From NCBI RefSeq assembly GCF_006345805.1, contig NC_043020.1:22444001-22508000 (forward strand): DNA of 64,000 nt, read 5' to 3'. Origin of the DNA: Octopus sinensis. Lineage: Eukaryota. Positions 37,499 to 48,414 of the stretch are shown here, piece after piece. Within the stretch, counting starts at the first letter, position 1; each line of letters begins with the position of its first letter. Below the pieces are notes generated by a model, which was given only the letters and a program-made list of their open reading frames with translations, had not been told where the DNA came from and did not search any database. The translations under genes and the position numbers were made by a program.

Positions 37499-39910
37499 AT
37501 GGATTTTCCTGAAGAATTACCTGAAGATGTAGGAAAATCATCATATCCCTGTGATATCTGTGAACAGACATTCTCTCTAGAAGAGAGCCTTGCTATTCAT
37601 AAACAGGTTCACACAGGAGAGAAACCATACAACTGTGATATCTGTGGTAAATCATTTTCCCTAATACGTACTTTAACTATTCACAAGCACATTCATACTG
37701 GAGTAAAACCATATAAATGTGAAAACTGTGGTAAATCTTTTGCGTTTAGAAGATATTTAACCAAACACATACGTGTTCACACAGGGGAAAAGCCATATCA
37801 CTGTGATATCTGTGGTAAATCCTTCCCTGAAAGTGATGCCCTAACTAGCCACATTCGAATTCACACAGGTGAGAAGCCATACCAGTGTAATATTTGTGGA
37901 AAATCTTTCTCTGAAAGATGTAATTTAACTACACACAAATACACTCATACAGGAGAGAAATCATATCACTGTGATATCTGTGGTAAATCATTCTTTCAGA
38001 AAGTCCACTTAAACAGTCACATGTATGTTCATACTGGGGAGAAGCCTTATCAATGTGATATCTGTTTGAAATCATTTGCTGATGGAAATAGATTAAATAG
38101 ACACAAACACATTCACGCAGGAGAGAAACCATATCAGTGCGACGTCTGCAGTAAATCCTTTAGAGAAGAGGCTCATTTATCGATACACAAGAGACGTATT
38201 CATACAAACGAGAAACCATATCACTGCGAAACCTGTGGTAAATCATTTATAAATTCAAGTTTATTAACTATTCATAAACGTATTCATACAGGCGAAAAAC
38301 CGTATCAGTGTGATATCTGTGGTAAATCGTTCATTGAGAGAAGTGCATTGACTGTTCACAAACGTATTCATACTGGAGAGAGGCCATACCACTGTGATAT
38401 CTGTGGTAAAACATTCATAAGGGGAAATAAATTAAATGTTCACAAGCGTATTCATTCAGGGGAAAAACTCCATCACTGTGATATCTGTGGTCAGTCGTTT
38501 TCCCAAAGAGCTCATTTGACTGTCCACATTCGTACCCATACAGGTGAGAAACCATATGACTGCGATATCTGTGGTAAATCATTCTCACAAACAGGCCATT
38601 TAAAAATTCACAGACGTATTCATACAGGAGAGAAACCCTACCAGTGTGATATCTGTGGTAAATCTTTCTTCCAAAACAGCGATGTAACTAAGCACAAACG
38701 TTTACATGCAAAAGAGAAACCTTATCACTGCGATATCTGTGGTAATTCGTTCAGCAGTGGAAGAGGACTAACTGTACACGAGCGTATTCATACAGGGGAA
38801 AAACCATATCGGTGTGATATCTGCGGTAAAGCATTCACTGACGGAAGTACATTAACTAAACACAAACGTATTCATACAGGGGAGAGACCATATCGGTGTG
38901 ATATCTGTGGTAAAGCATTCACTGATACTAGTAAATTAACTAAACACAAACGTACTCATACAGGGGAAAAACCATATCACTGCGAAACCTGTGGTAAATC
39001 ATTTATAAATTCAAGTTTATTAACTATTCATAAACGTATTCATACAGGCGAAAAACCGTATCAGTGTGATATCTGTGGTAAATCGTTCATTGAGAGAAGT
39101 GCATTGACTGTTCACAAACGTATTCATACTGGAGAGAGGCCATACCACTGTGATATCTGTGGTAAAACATTCATAAGGGGAAATAAATTAAATGTTCACA
39201 AGCGTATTCATTCAGGGGAAAAACTCCATCACTGTGATATCTGTGGTCAGTCGTTTTCCCAAAGAGCTCATTTGACTGTCCACATTCGTACCCATACAGG
39301 TGAGAAACCATATGACTGCGATATCTGTGGTAAATCATTCTCACAAACAGGCCATTTAAAAATTCACAGACGTATTCATACAGGAGAGAAACCCTACCAG
39401 TGTGATATCTGTGGTAAATCTTTCTTCCAAAACAGCGATGTAACTAAGCACAAACGTTTACATGCAAAAGAGAAACCTTATCACTGCGATATCTGTGGTA
39501 ATTCGTTCAGCAGTGGAAGAGGACTAACTGTACACGAGCGTATTCATACAGGGGAAAAACCATATCGGTGTGATATCTGCGGTAAAGCATTCACTGACGG
39601 AAGTACATTAACTAAACACAAACGTATTCATACAGGGGAGAGACCATATCGGTGTGATATCTGTGGTAAAGCATTCACTGATACTAGTAAATTAACTAAA
39701 CACAAACGTACTCATACAGGGGAAAAACCATATCACTGTGATATCTGTGGTAAATCATACTCAGACAGAAGTACATTAACCAAGCACATACGTATTCACA
39801 CAGGGGAAAGACCATATCACTGTGATATCTGTGGTAAATCGTTCATTGATGGACGTACTTTAAATAAACACAAATGTATTCATACAGGGGTAAAAACTAC
39901 ATCCCTGTGA
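37499..39910 (+). CDS. ZNF-B: C2H2 polydactyl protein, 803 aa from the ATG, 28 fingers including a duplicated 9-finger block
   Basis: ATG at 37499 (the track's 37469 start is TTG); acceptor at 37188; fingers 9-17 are repeated as 18-26. Confidence 0.95.
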   Translation: MDFPEELPEDVGKSSYPCDICEQTFSLEESLAIHKQVHTGEKPYNCDICGKSFSLIRTLTIHKHIHTGVKPYKCENCGKSFAFRRYLTKHIRVHTGEKPYHCDICGKSFPESDALTSHIRIHTGEKPYQCNICGKSFSERCNLTTHKYTHTGEKSYHCDICGKSFFQKVHLNSHMYVHTGEKPYQCDICLKSFADGNRLNRHKHIHAGEKPYQCDVCSKSFREEAHLSIHKRRIHTNEKPYHCETCGKSFINSSLLTIHKRIHTGEKPYQCDICGKSFIERSALTVHKRIHTGERPYHCDICGKTFIRGNKLNVHKRIHSGEKLHHCDICGQSFSQRAHLTVHIRTHTGEKPYDCDICGKSFSQTGHLKIHRRIHTGEKPYQCDICGKSFFQNSDVTKHKRLHAKEKPYHCDICGNSFSSGRGLTVHERIHTGEKPYRCDICGKAFTDGSTLTKHKRIHTGERPYRCDICGKAFTDTSKLTKHKRTHTGEKPYHCETCGKSFINSSLLTIHKRIHTGEKPYQCDICGKSFIERSALTVHKRIHTGERPYHCDICGKTFIRGNKLNVHKRIHSGEKLHHCDICGQSFSQRAHLTVHIRTHTGEKPYDCDICGKSFSQTGHLKIHRRIHTGEKPYQCDICGKSFFQNSDVTKHKRLHAKEKPYHCDICGNSFSSGRGLTVHERIHTGEKPYRCDICGKAFTDGSTLTKHKRIHTGERPYRCDICGKAFTDTSKLTKHKRTHTGEKPYHCDICGKSYSDRSTLTKHIRIHTGERPYHCDICGKSFIDGRTLNKHKCIHTGVKTTSL

Positions 39911-40039
39911 TTCTTTTGGTGTATCTTTCCTTTATGCGAGTGCATTAACAATTCATAAATGTATTTATTCAGGTGAAAAACTGTTTTACCTTGATACTTC
40001 TGATAACGTAATTATTGCATTTCTTTAAAGTTTTGGGAT

Positions 40040-40290
40040 CTTTTCGGCTTGTGGGCAGTAAAGAAATAAGAAACGTTAGCATGCTGGGTGAGATGCGTAG
40101 CCGTATTTCGTCTGCCGTTACGTTCTGAGTTCAAATTCCGCCGAGGTCGACTTTGCCTTTCATCCTTTCGGGGTCGATTAATTAAGTACCAGTTACACAC
40201 TGGAGTCGATGTAATCGACTGAATCCGTTTGTCTGTCCTTGTTTGTCCCCTCTGTGTTTAGCCCCTTGTGGGTAGTACAGAAATAAATAA
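40040..40290 (+). mobile_element. SINE family 2 copy 3' of ZNF-B
   Basis: ctgccgttacgttctgagttcaaattccgccgaggtcgactttgcctttcatcctttcggggtcg. Confidence 0.85.
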
Positions 40291-40458
40291 TTATGTGTAT
40301 TGTATTGTATTGGTTACAGATTGATTTGGTGTTATGAAAATAAACTGTTTTTTAGAATGACTGTGTTGTCCATTTTTCTTTGCCCATTTCATTGCATCTG
40401 ACAAAGCTTGGCATTAACATATTTTGGTCATTCTTTACTTTGCAAATCTGATCCATTC

Positions 40459-40464
40459 AATAAA
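40459..40464 (+). terminator. Candidate poly(A) signal of ZNF-B
   Basis: AATAAA in a block homologous to ZNF-D 61356 (ATTAAA) and similar to ZNF-A 24454 (AATAAA). Confidence 0.45.
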
Positions 40465-40699
40465 AATATTCTTATTTCAACATAAAGACAGCTAACACAG
40501 ATAAGTGCAGGGCAGCTTTTAATGCTGAAAATGTCTGACCAGAAGTATTCCAATTGTTTTCAAACACAAATTTCAACTGAAATTGAGAAAATTTCAAATC
40601 AAAATTAATAAATTTTTTGATGCATTGTATTCTAATATAAATATCATTCAAATTAGATTCCATTTGCCATACTGGCACGTGAAAAAACATTCAAGTGAG

Positions 40700-41010
40700 G
40701 TTATGGTTAGGGGTGGGGGAAGGGTATCTTTTTTTCTTCACAAATGTAAATAAACCCAATCTGTTTCTTAAACGAGGGACATATTCATACGGCACAAAAT
40801 GTTTTCACTTCAATAGACGTCATTGATTAGTTGAAATTACAGAAATTGAAGAAAAAACAACAACAAATATCTTACAAACTATAGAATTTTCTCAATAAAG
40901 CCAAGAGAAAAAGATGTTTTATAAACACATTCTACCAGTATACGAAGTTTAAAAGTGTTTAGTTACGTGGAAATTATTTTAAAAAACTGCCGTTCAAACC
41001 GAAAAGATCC
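40700..41010. mobile_element. Partial GGATCTTTTCGG-family MITE
   Basis: One intact TIR ending ccgaaaagatcc; interior matches 54643-55051 in reverse. Confidence 0.8.
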
Positions 41011-41094
41011 AAGTTTGTTTGTTTTTTTCTTTCTAAGAACATATTTGCTCTAGAAACAACTTATGCCCCTTTATCAGACCAAGACGTCTCCAAG

Positions 41095-41329
41095 GAGACG
41101 TTGCCACTGAGCTTGTAATATGTGGCATCGAAAGTGCGGCTGAAGACATAAAGCCAGCTTCATTCGTTCATTGTGACAAGTTCTGATTTCGACATCGGAT
41201 CTCTTTGGATGTTGGTCCGGGACGAAGTTGATAAAACATTGGTGAACCTCATTTTAACAGTCAGATGCTTTGGTTGTTTGGCGAAAATCTACAACCCGAA
41301 TCTAAATTCGCTGTTTACGTCTGAAAATG
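41095..41329 (+). promoter_or_regulatory. Putative non-coding first exon of ZNF-C
   Basis: atcgaaagtgcggctgaagac motif; donor aaatg|gtaag at 41329/41330. Confidence 0.65.
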
Positions 41330-42589
41330 GTAAGTTGATGGATGTTTGTTTTAATGCTGTAATAAAGTATGTAATTATGAATTAATTGTGTTTCACTTTT
41401 GAGGAAACGGTAATTATATTGAAGTGGAAACGTGTAACAAGGAAAAAAGATATGTCCTGCGGGTATTTCCGTGGGTTGTGGAGTATAGATATACCGAAAT
41501 TATGCCAGCAATGTCTCCTTTTTAAGTTGAAGGAAAAAAATCCTTTCATATTTGTTCTAACCTGTTTCATGTGTGTATGTAAAATCCGCAAATTTCCAAG
41601 CAGGAAACAGAATCGAACTGTCATTTGCTTCCACGGAAATACTCCAAGTAAAATGTTTTGATTTTGTCGAGTTATATCGAAAGAATGCCGTCATTATATA
41701 GACATGAAAACTTATAGCAACATTCGCAAAAGAAATACACACACACACATTAAATGAATCGTAATATATATATATATTTGTTGTGCAAGATTTTTTATGT
41801 GAAGTCGTGTGTTGAAACAGATATTGTTATGTTTCGGAATGGTCATTAATGTAAAAAATAAATAACACCAAATATATAGTGCGTGTGTTTTTATTGGCTA
41901 AACTGGCAAAATGACCATTTCGAAATATAATAATATATATATAAAAATGAGTGATTTTCATTTAATTCAGAAAGAAAATTGCTGGCATGAGAGAGGAACG
42001 AATCCCAGGTGCTGTGTGCGTGTATGTATATTTGGTGTATAGTATTGTCTGAAAAAAGTTCGAAGGTTATTCAAAATAGAGTTGCCACATCGAACATGGA
42101 AATGTTGAAGATTGAAACTTGCATTCAAAGTTTGATGAAGTTACGAACAACAATAATAAAAGCATCTGGAAAGATATTTCTAGGATGTCAGTGAGAACAA
42201 TTTACCACAGATATCGCAGTGATACAGCCTCTGTCGTTTATGGCTGTATTTATAAGTAGTATGGTTACAATCTATAGAGAATATTTAGAACAGATAACTG
42301 TATGATGTTGTTTCTCGGCTGTGTAAATGCATTTATTAGTAACGAGATTAACTTTTCAGACTGTTTTCTTTTTTGTTAATGTTTTTCTCTTCGTCCATAA
42401 TTTCGCTTTTTGTTGTGTTACAAAATTCGTAGCATCGATGAAAGCTTTACGTTGATTATAGGGTTGCTAAGTTATGGTTGATTTGGTAACAAAACAGCAA
42501 CATTGAGCCACTGGCATGAAAACTGGTCACTCAACCTTCTTGAAATAGGAGCCAAATTCTTTACAAAATCCACTTACATTAGTTGGCAG

Positions 42590-42975
42590 GGTTTTGGGGT
42601 TGGACACACCAGATGTCCCTCCGACAAGTCATCCTAACGAGACGTCTGCGTTGGCTGGGTCATGCCCTCCGTCGTCAACCAGGAGAATTCATCTACGAAG
42701 CAATTGCTCCAGCTCCCCTTCAGGGTTGGTGAAAGCGATGTGGTGGACAACGAAAAACCTGGCTGATGACAGTCAAGGCTGATCTGGAACCCGACCTAGG
42801 CCCCCATATCTACGGCGTTCGCCGCTGGGGTAAGGAGTGGTTGGAGATCACGCGGTCGTTAGCCCCAAATCGCCAGGTTTGGTCGGCGTTTGTGAGAGAT
42901 GCAGCATTGAGGATGAATGAAGCCAGCTCAACCCAACCCGGGTGAACGCTGTCTCAAGTTAAGTCAAGATACACC
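42590..42975 (+). mobile_element. 5'-truncated RTE-clade LINE in the ZNF-C intron
   Basis: RRLRWLGHALRR...GW*KRCGGQRKTWLMTVKADL...NRQVWSAFVRD then a stop and a (TCAAG/TTAAG) tail. Confidence 0.85.
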
Positions 42976-43218
42976 AGATGGTCTATTCCTCGATATACAA
43001 TGGCAATATCGTGATAGAATGTGTTTGATCATATGTTTGTTTAATAAGGAATGATCAGGGATTAGATAACAGTGACAACACATTTCTAGAGAGAGAAAAA
43101 AATGTCCACTCTTCTGTCAGTTTTGGTACGATGACTATAAGTATAGACTATCAACTATTAAGTGTAATAGTTTATGTTGTATGAGTAAGTGCAATCCCCA
43201 AGTAAATAATAATAACTG

Positions 43219-43696
43219 CTGTAAATCCTCAAGTATATTTCGCATTTTCCCCAAAAAAATTTAAAGGTCAAAATTCCTAGTACGTACTATATACGAGGTT
43301 AAAAATGAAAAATATTTTCTAAACAATGTTCGAGTCTCTATTTGCTGCCCAGCAATGTTTATTCAGATGCATTTTGTGATGTCAGGCACGAAAATACCTT
43401 AAGGTAAATCATAAAAGCTAATACCGTAAGGTAAATCATAAAAGAATCATCCATAACATGCAGTAAGCAACATTTATTAAAATAAAAGTATTCAGAACAC
43501 AGAATAACATGTAACAAAAACAATTTGCAATCATATTTACATTCCCATATAACAGTTAAAAACATCACCATTATTGTATTACGCATGCGCGGAAGAGTTT
43601 GTTCGACTAGGTGCTGCTGGCTTAATTACACATGACTCAAGTTAGAGAAGGGGTACGTATTATACTCAAGGGCAGACTGTACTCGAGGATTTACAG
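43219..43696. mobile_element. Non-autonomous Tc1/pogo-like element
   Basis: TIR ctgtaaatcctc(a/g)agta / tactcgaggatttacag followed by TA. Confidence 0.6.
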
Positions 43697-44509
43697 TATA
43701 TATAATCTGATTGGATTGTAATATACTAGTGCATCGCAAGTTGTAGAATAACTAATAAGGAAAATGTCCTGATATGGAGAATGGAATGAAAACTTTGTAC
43801 TCCTGTGTATTTAATAAAGGATTCAGTTTCAAATTCTGAGAAGGTATGATGACCGAAGACACTAGTCCAGATATAATGTATACCCATTATTGTTCATTGG
43901 CGGTGCCCCGGCATGGCCACAGCTCGTGAGCTGAAACTAGATGAAATAAAATAAAAAATATTGTAATATATTTGATATTACACAATCTGAAAGTGTAGAT
44001 ATGGAGTGAAAATATGTAAACTTTACACAACTTCCATGTAATTTTAATAAATTCAGATGTAAATTTGTTGGGGGTGAAGTTTATCACAGTTGAATTGTAG
44101 TAAAATGGCACTGTTGAATCATTTTAATTATCTTCAATATCTTACAATATTTCTCTGTCATTTCAGAATATCAGAGACATTGGTATTAAAGGTATATCAA
44201 TATTTATCATCGTTTACAGACAAAAGGAAGCAGTTATGCAGAATAATTACAACTCTGTTTCTATAAAGTTACCATTGAATTACTGTTAAATATTCCATCT
44301 GAGTGAGACATTTCTCTCTTCCATTGTCTGAAGTGAATGCAAAGTGCTTTTGTGTTTCCATTGAATTTGGACAAATTTACAAAAGGACCTCACTACTGCA
44401 CTATAAACTTTTCGATCTACAAGGGAATGATGATGATGATGAAGGGAATGTATAAAAAGAAGTAAAAAAATATCCATAGTGTCTTCAAAAAATTTAATTT
44501 ACTGATAAA

Positions 44510-46006
44510 ATGGATTTTCCCGAAGAATTACCTGAAGATGTAGGAAAATCATCATACCCCTGCGATATCTGTGAACAGACATTCTCTCTAGAAGAGAGCC
44601 TTGCTATTCATAAACAGGTTCACACAGGAGAGAAACCATACAACTGTGATATCTGTGGTAAATCATTTTCCCTAATACGTACTTTAACTATTCACAAGCA
44701 CATTCATACTGGAGAAAAACCATATAAATGTGAAAACTGTGGTAAATCTTTTGCGTTTAGAAGATATTTAACCAAACACATACGTGTTCACACAGGGGAA
44801 AAGCCATATCACTGTGACATCTGTGGTAAATCCTTCCCTGAAAGTGATGCCCTAACTAGCCACATTCGAATTCACACAGGTGAGAAGCCATACCAGTGTA
44901 ATATTTGTGGAAAATCTTTCTCTGAAAGATGTAATTTAACTACACACAAATACACTCATACAGGAGAGAAATCATATCACTGTGATATCTGTGGTAAATC
45001 ATTCTTTCAGAAAGTCCACTTAAACAGTCACATGTATGTTCATACTGGGGAGAAGCCTTATCAATGTGATATCTGTTTGAAATCATTTGCTGATGGAAAT
45101 AGATTAAATAGACACAAACACATTCACGCAGGAAAGAAACCATATCAGTGCGACGTCTGCAGTAAATCCTTTAGAGAAGAGGCTCATTTATCGATACACA
45201 AGAGACGCATTCATACAAACGAGAAACCATATCACTGCGAAACCTGTGGTAAATCATTTATAAATTCAAGTTTATTAACTATTCATAAACGTATTCATAC
45301 AGGTGAAAAACCGTATCAGTGTGATATCTGTGGTAAATCTTTCAATGAGTGTAGTAAATTGACTATTCACAAACGTATTCACTCGGGGGAAAAACTTTAT
45401 CAATGTGATATCTGTGGTAAATCGTTCACTGAGAGAAGGAAATTAATTATTCACAAATGTATTCATTCTGGGGAAAAACTACATCACTGTAATATCTGTG
45501 GTAAAGCGTTCTCTCAAAGACCTCATTTAACTGTTCATGTTCGTACCCATACAGGTGAGAAACCGTATGACTGCGATGTCTGTGGTAAATCCTTCTCACA
45601 GACAGGCCATTTAAAAATTCACAGACGTATTCATACAGGAGAGAAACCCTATCAGTGTGATATTTGTGGTAAATCTTTCTTCCAAAGTAGTGATGTAACT
45701 AAGCACAAGCGTATACATGCAAGGGAGAAACCCTATCACTGCGATATCTGTGGTAATTCGTTCAGCAGCGGAAGAGGACTAACTGTTCACAAACGAACTC
45801 ATACAGGGGAAAAACCATATCGGTGTGATATCTGTGGTAAATCATACACAGACAGCAGTAAATTAACTATTCACAAACGTACTCACACAGGGGAAAGACC
45901 ATATCGCTGTGATATCTGTGCTAAATCATTCATTGATGGAAGTACACTAACTAAACACAAACGTATTCATACAAAGGAAAAAGCCACATCACTGGGATGC
46001 TTTTGA
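44510..46006 (+). CDS. ZNF-C: C2H2 polydactyl protein, 498 aa, 17 fingers; close paralog of ZNF-B
   Basis: Acceptor at 44166; the first 830 nt are ~99% identical to ZNF-B. Confidence 0.95.
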   Translation: MDFPEELPEDVGKSSYPCDICEQTFSLEESLAIHKQVHTGEKPYNCDICGKSFSLIRTLTIHKHIHTGEKPYKCENCGKSFAFRRYLTKHIRVHTGEKPYHCDICGKSFPESDALTSHIRIHTGEKPYQCNICGKSFSERCNLTTHKYTHTGEKSYHCDICGKSFFQKVHLNSHMYVHTGEKPYQCDICLKSFADGNRLNRHKHIHAGKKPYQCDVCSKSFREEAHLSIHKRRIHTNEKPYHCETCGKSFINSSLLTIHKRIHTGEKPYQCDICGKSFNECSKLTIHKRIHSGEKLYQCDICGKSFTERRKLIIHKCIHSGEKLHHCNICGKAFSQRPHLTVHVRTHTGEKPYDCDVCGKSFSQTGHLKIHRRIHTGEKPYQCDICGKSFFQSSDVTKHKRIHAREKPYHCDICGNSFSSGRGLTVHKRTHTGEKPYRCDICGKSYTDSSKLTIHKRTHTGERPYRCDICAKSFIDGSTLTKHKRIHTKEKATSLGCF

Positions 46007-46098
46007 TGCATCTTGCCCATGTGTGAATATTAATTCATAAGCGTATTTATTCAGGAGAAAAAGTGTTTTACTGTGATATGTCTGATAAATCAGTCATG

Positions 46099-46569
46099 AA
46101 GATAATATGGACGCCGCTCGGGCTCGAAAATTGAACCGTTATGTAAACCTCCTCGAGGAATGTGAAGATGCAAGCTGGAAAGTGGAACATTTTCCAATTG
46201 AAGTCAGATGTAGAGGGTTCGTTGGACACAGTGTGAGACGACTGTTGTTATCTCTAGGCCTAACTCATCGTAAAGTCAATACCACCATGACCGATATCCA
46301 AACTACAGTGGAGAAGGCTAGCCACTGGATTTGGTTAAAAAGAGACGATGAGCAATGGCTAGAAGAATATTGAGCCTTATTTGATAACCAGCTGATCTAG
46401 CAAGTGGAGCCTCATATCAGTGAGGGGGGTGCCGATGTGTATTGATGCCGTCGAGAGGTAGGCCCCAAAACAGCGCGCATTCTTTCCTGATGACCCCATA
46501 CACTTGCTGGCTTCCGGTATACGGAGCTTTTGACTGGTAGCACTTGCATGTGCAAGTTGTTTGCAAGAC
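46099..46569 (+). mobile_element. 5'-truncated HERO-like (RLE-endonuclease) non-LTR retrotransposon with a 23-bp TSD
   Basis: (ED)NMDAARARKLNRY..L...W....PIEVRCRGF...EKASHWIWLKR is the RLE C-terminus; TSD atatgtctgataaatcagtcatg at 46076-46098 and 46570-46592. Confidence 0.85.
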
Positions 46570-46940
46570 ATATGTCTGATAAATCAGTCATGCTGCAAAC
46601 AAATGAGATGAAGGTACACAAGACCATTATATAAGAGAGAAACCATATTATTGTGATATCTGTGACAACTCCTTCACTGATTGAAGTAAATCAACTGCTC
46701 ACAAATGTAGAGCAAAAGCCATATCCCTTTGATACAAGGGGTAAATCTATCTCTCGAGCAGCTATTTAACCTATTCTCTGTAAAACGTAATGCTTATTTC
46801 TTCACATTGATATGAATTAGTCTTGATTTACCTCATAGCTTTGAGATTTCGGTGACATGATTGTTTACTTTTAGTAAAACAATTGCAAGCAATAATAAAT
46901 CTCTGAACGAGGTATAAACAGTAACTGCACGATAATGTGA

Positions 46941-47104
46941 GGTATGTTTGCCATCTCAATATGGCTGACCACTAAGGGTGGGTGTTACTGTAGCTTGTAG
47001 CTCCAGGTGAACAATAGCCAGCTGGAGACGATGTTCTCCTGGGGCTACAAGCTACAGTAACACCCACCCTTAGTGGTTAGCCATATTGAGATGGCAGACA
47101 TACC
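46941..47104. repeat. Foldback element: 73-bp arms (4 mismatches), 18-nt loop
   Basis: Arms at 46941-47013 and 47032-47104. Confidence 0.9.
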
Positions 47105-47234
47105 AGTAAAATAATTATTGTAGGGTAATTGTGAGAGGCTGGATCTGGCCAGTTGGAAGACAAAGCAGGTAGATCATTTTGGCCGGATATGGACAAATGT
47201 GTCATATGTTCTCAGTCGTATACAAACAGGTGAA

Positions 47235-47395
47235 ATTAAGGTGGCGAGCTGGGCGAAATGCTTAGTGGTATTTCGTCTGCCGCTACGTTCTGAGTTCAAA
47301 TTCCGCCAAGGTCGACTTTGTCTTTCATCCTTTCGGAGTCAGTTAAATAAATACCAGTTACGCACTGGGGTCAATATAATCGACTTAATCCGAAT
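47235..47395 (+). mobile_element. SINE family 2 copy
   Basis: ggtggcgagctgggcgaaatgcttagtggtatttcg...gagttcaaattccgcc. Confidence 0.8.
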
Positions 47396-48081
47396 ACAAT
47401 TTGGTTTTGAAATATCTTCAATGTCTTATAACTGATTCTGGGAAAAACTATCAGTGATGTTAGAAAAGGTTTTGTCGGGCAAGATCACAGAATATGTGAT
47501 TGTATGGGCTGTAGGGAACCACAGCACCATTTGTCAAAAAGCATATCAGGAATAACTTTTACATCCATCACATGTGTTAGACATTCCAGCATCAGTACAT
47601 TTCTGATTACATTGTATCTATGACTTTAGAGCAATAAATTTGTCTCATGATTATTTAAACTTTAGATTGGCTCTTGTTATATTTACTTTATTTTATATGG
47701 AAGTATTATGATCTTATGTTGACTTTCAAGTCTTTCTCTGATTATCCCCCTTGAAAGCATGCTCATGGTTTCCACATAAGTTATGGAAGCTTTGCTGTTT
47801 CCAGAGTTATATTTTCATTTCTCTATTATTATTTTTATTCGCATCTCTATCTTAGTTGAAACTGATGGATAAAGAGATCAAACTACATAAATAAACGGCA
47901 GCAAAACCGTTCAGAAATTAAATAACACCAAGATATTTAGTAACAATAATAAATTTATTTATCTTCGACAATTTTTAGTTTTACCAATTTTGACTATATT
48001 GCTCCTGTTTAAAACCTCTTACCTGCTTGATAATTGCATTTCTATCTCTGCCTTGAAAGAAGCTTTACTTCTTGGACTTAA

Positions 48082-48414
48082 GTTTTTGTGCACAACGATG
48101 TTGTTAAACATCCGTTAACAGCACCATATGCAGGTCCTTTCCATTTTCTTTCACGCACGGATAAATTTTTCACTATAAACCTTATTGGTTGTAAAGACGC
48201 TATATCAGTGGATAGACTAAAAAAGGCTTTCAAAGAGAAAAATGACCCTATTCCCACTGCAGATGACACACACACAGCATTACAAGCACGGCCCGCACAC
48301 TCACCTTCATATTCCATGACTACCATTGGGATCAATCTGGTACTCGACAAGGATTCTGGATTATTTTTCCGGTTTTATTACTTAATTTTCGTGAGCGGTC
48401 GGGTTCATTTCTAG
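48082..48414 (+). mobile_element. Ty3/Gypsy integrase C-terminal fragment
   Basis: VFVHNDVVKHPLTAPYAGPF..L.RTDKFFTI...G.KDAISVDRLKKA...SGRVHF matches the Gypsy PPYxGP...VSxDRLKP...SGRxVxF tail; no LTR recognised. Confidence 0.75.
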
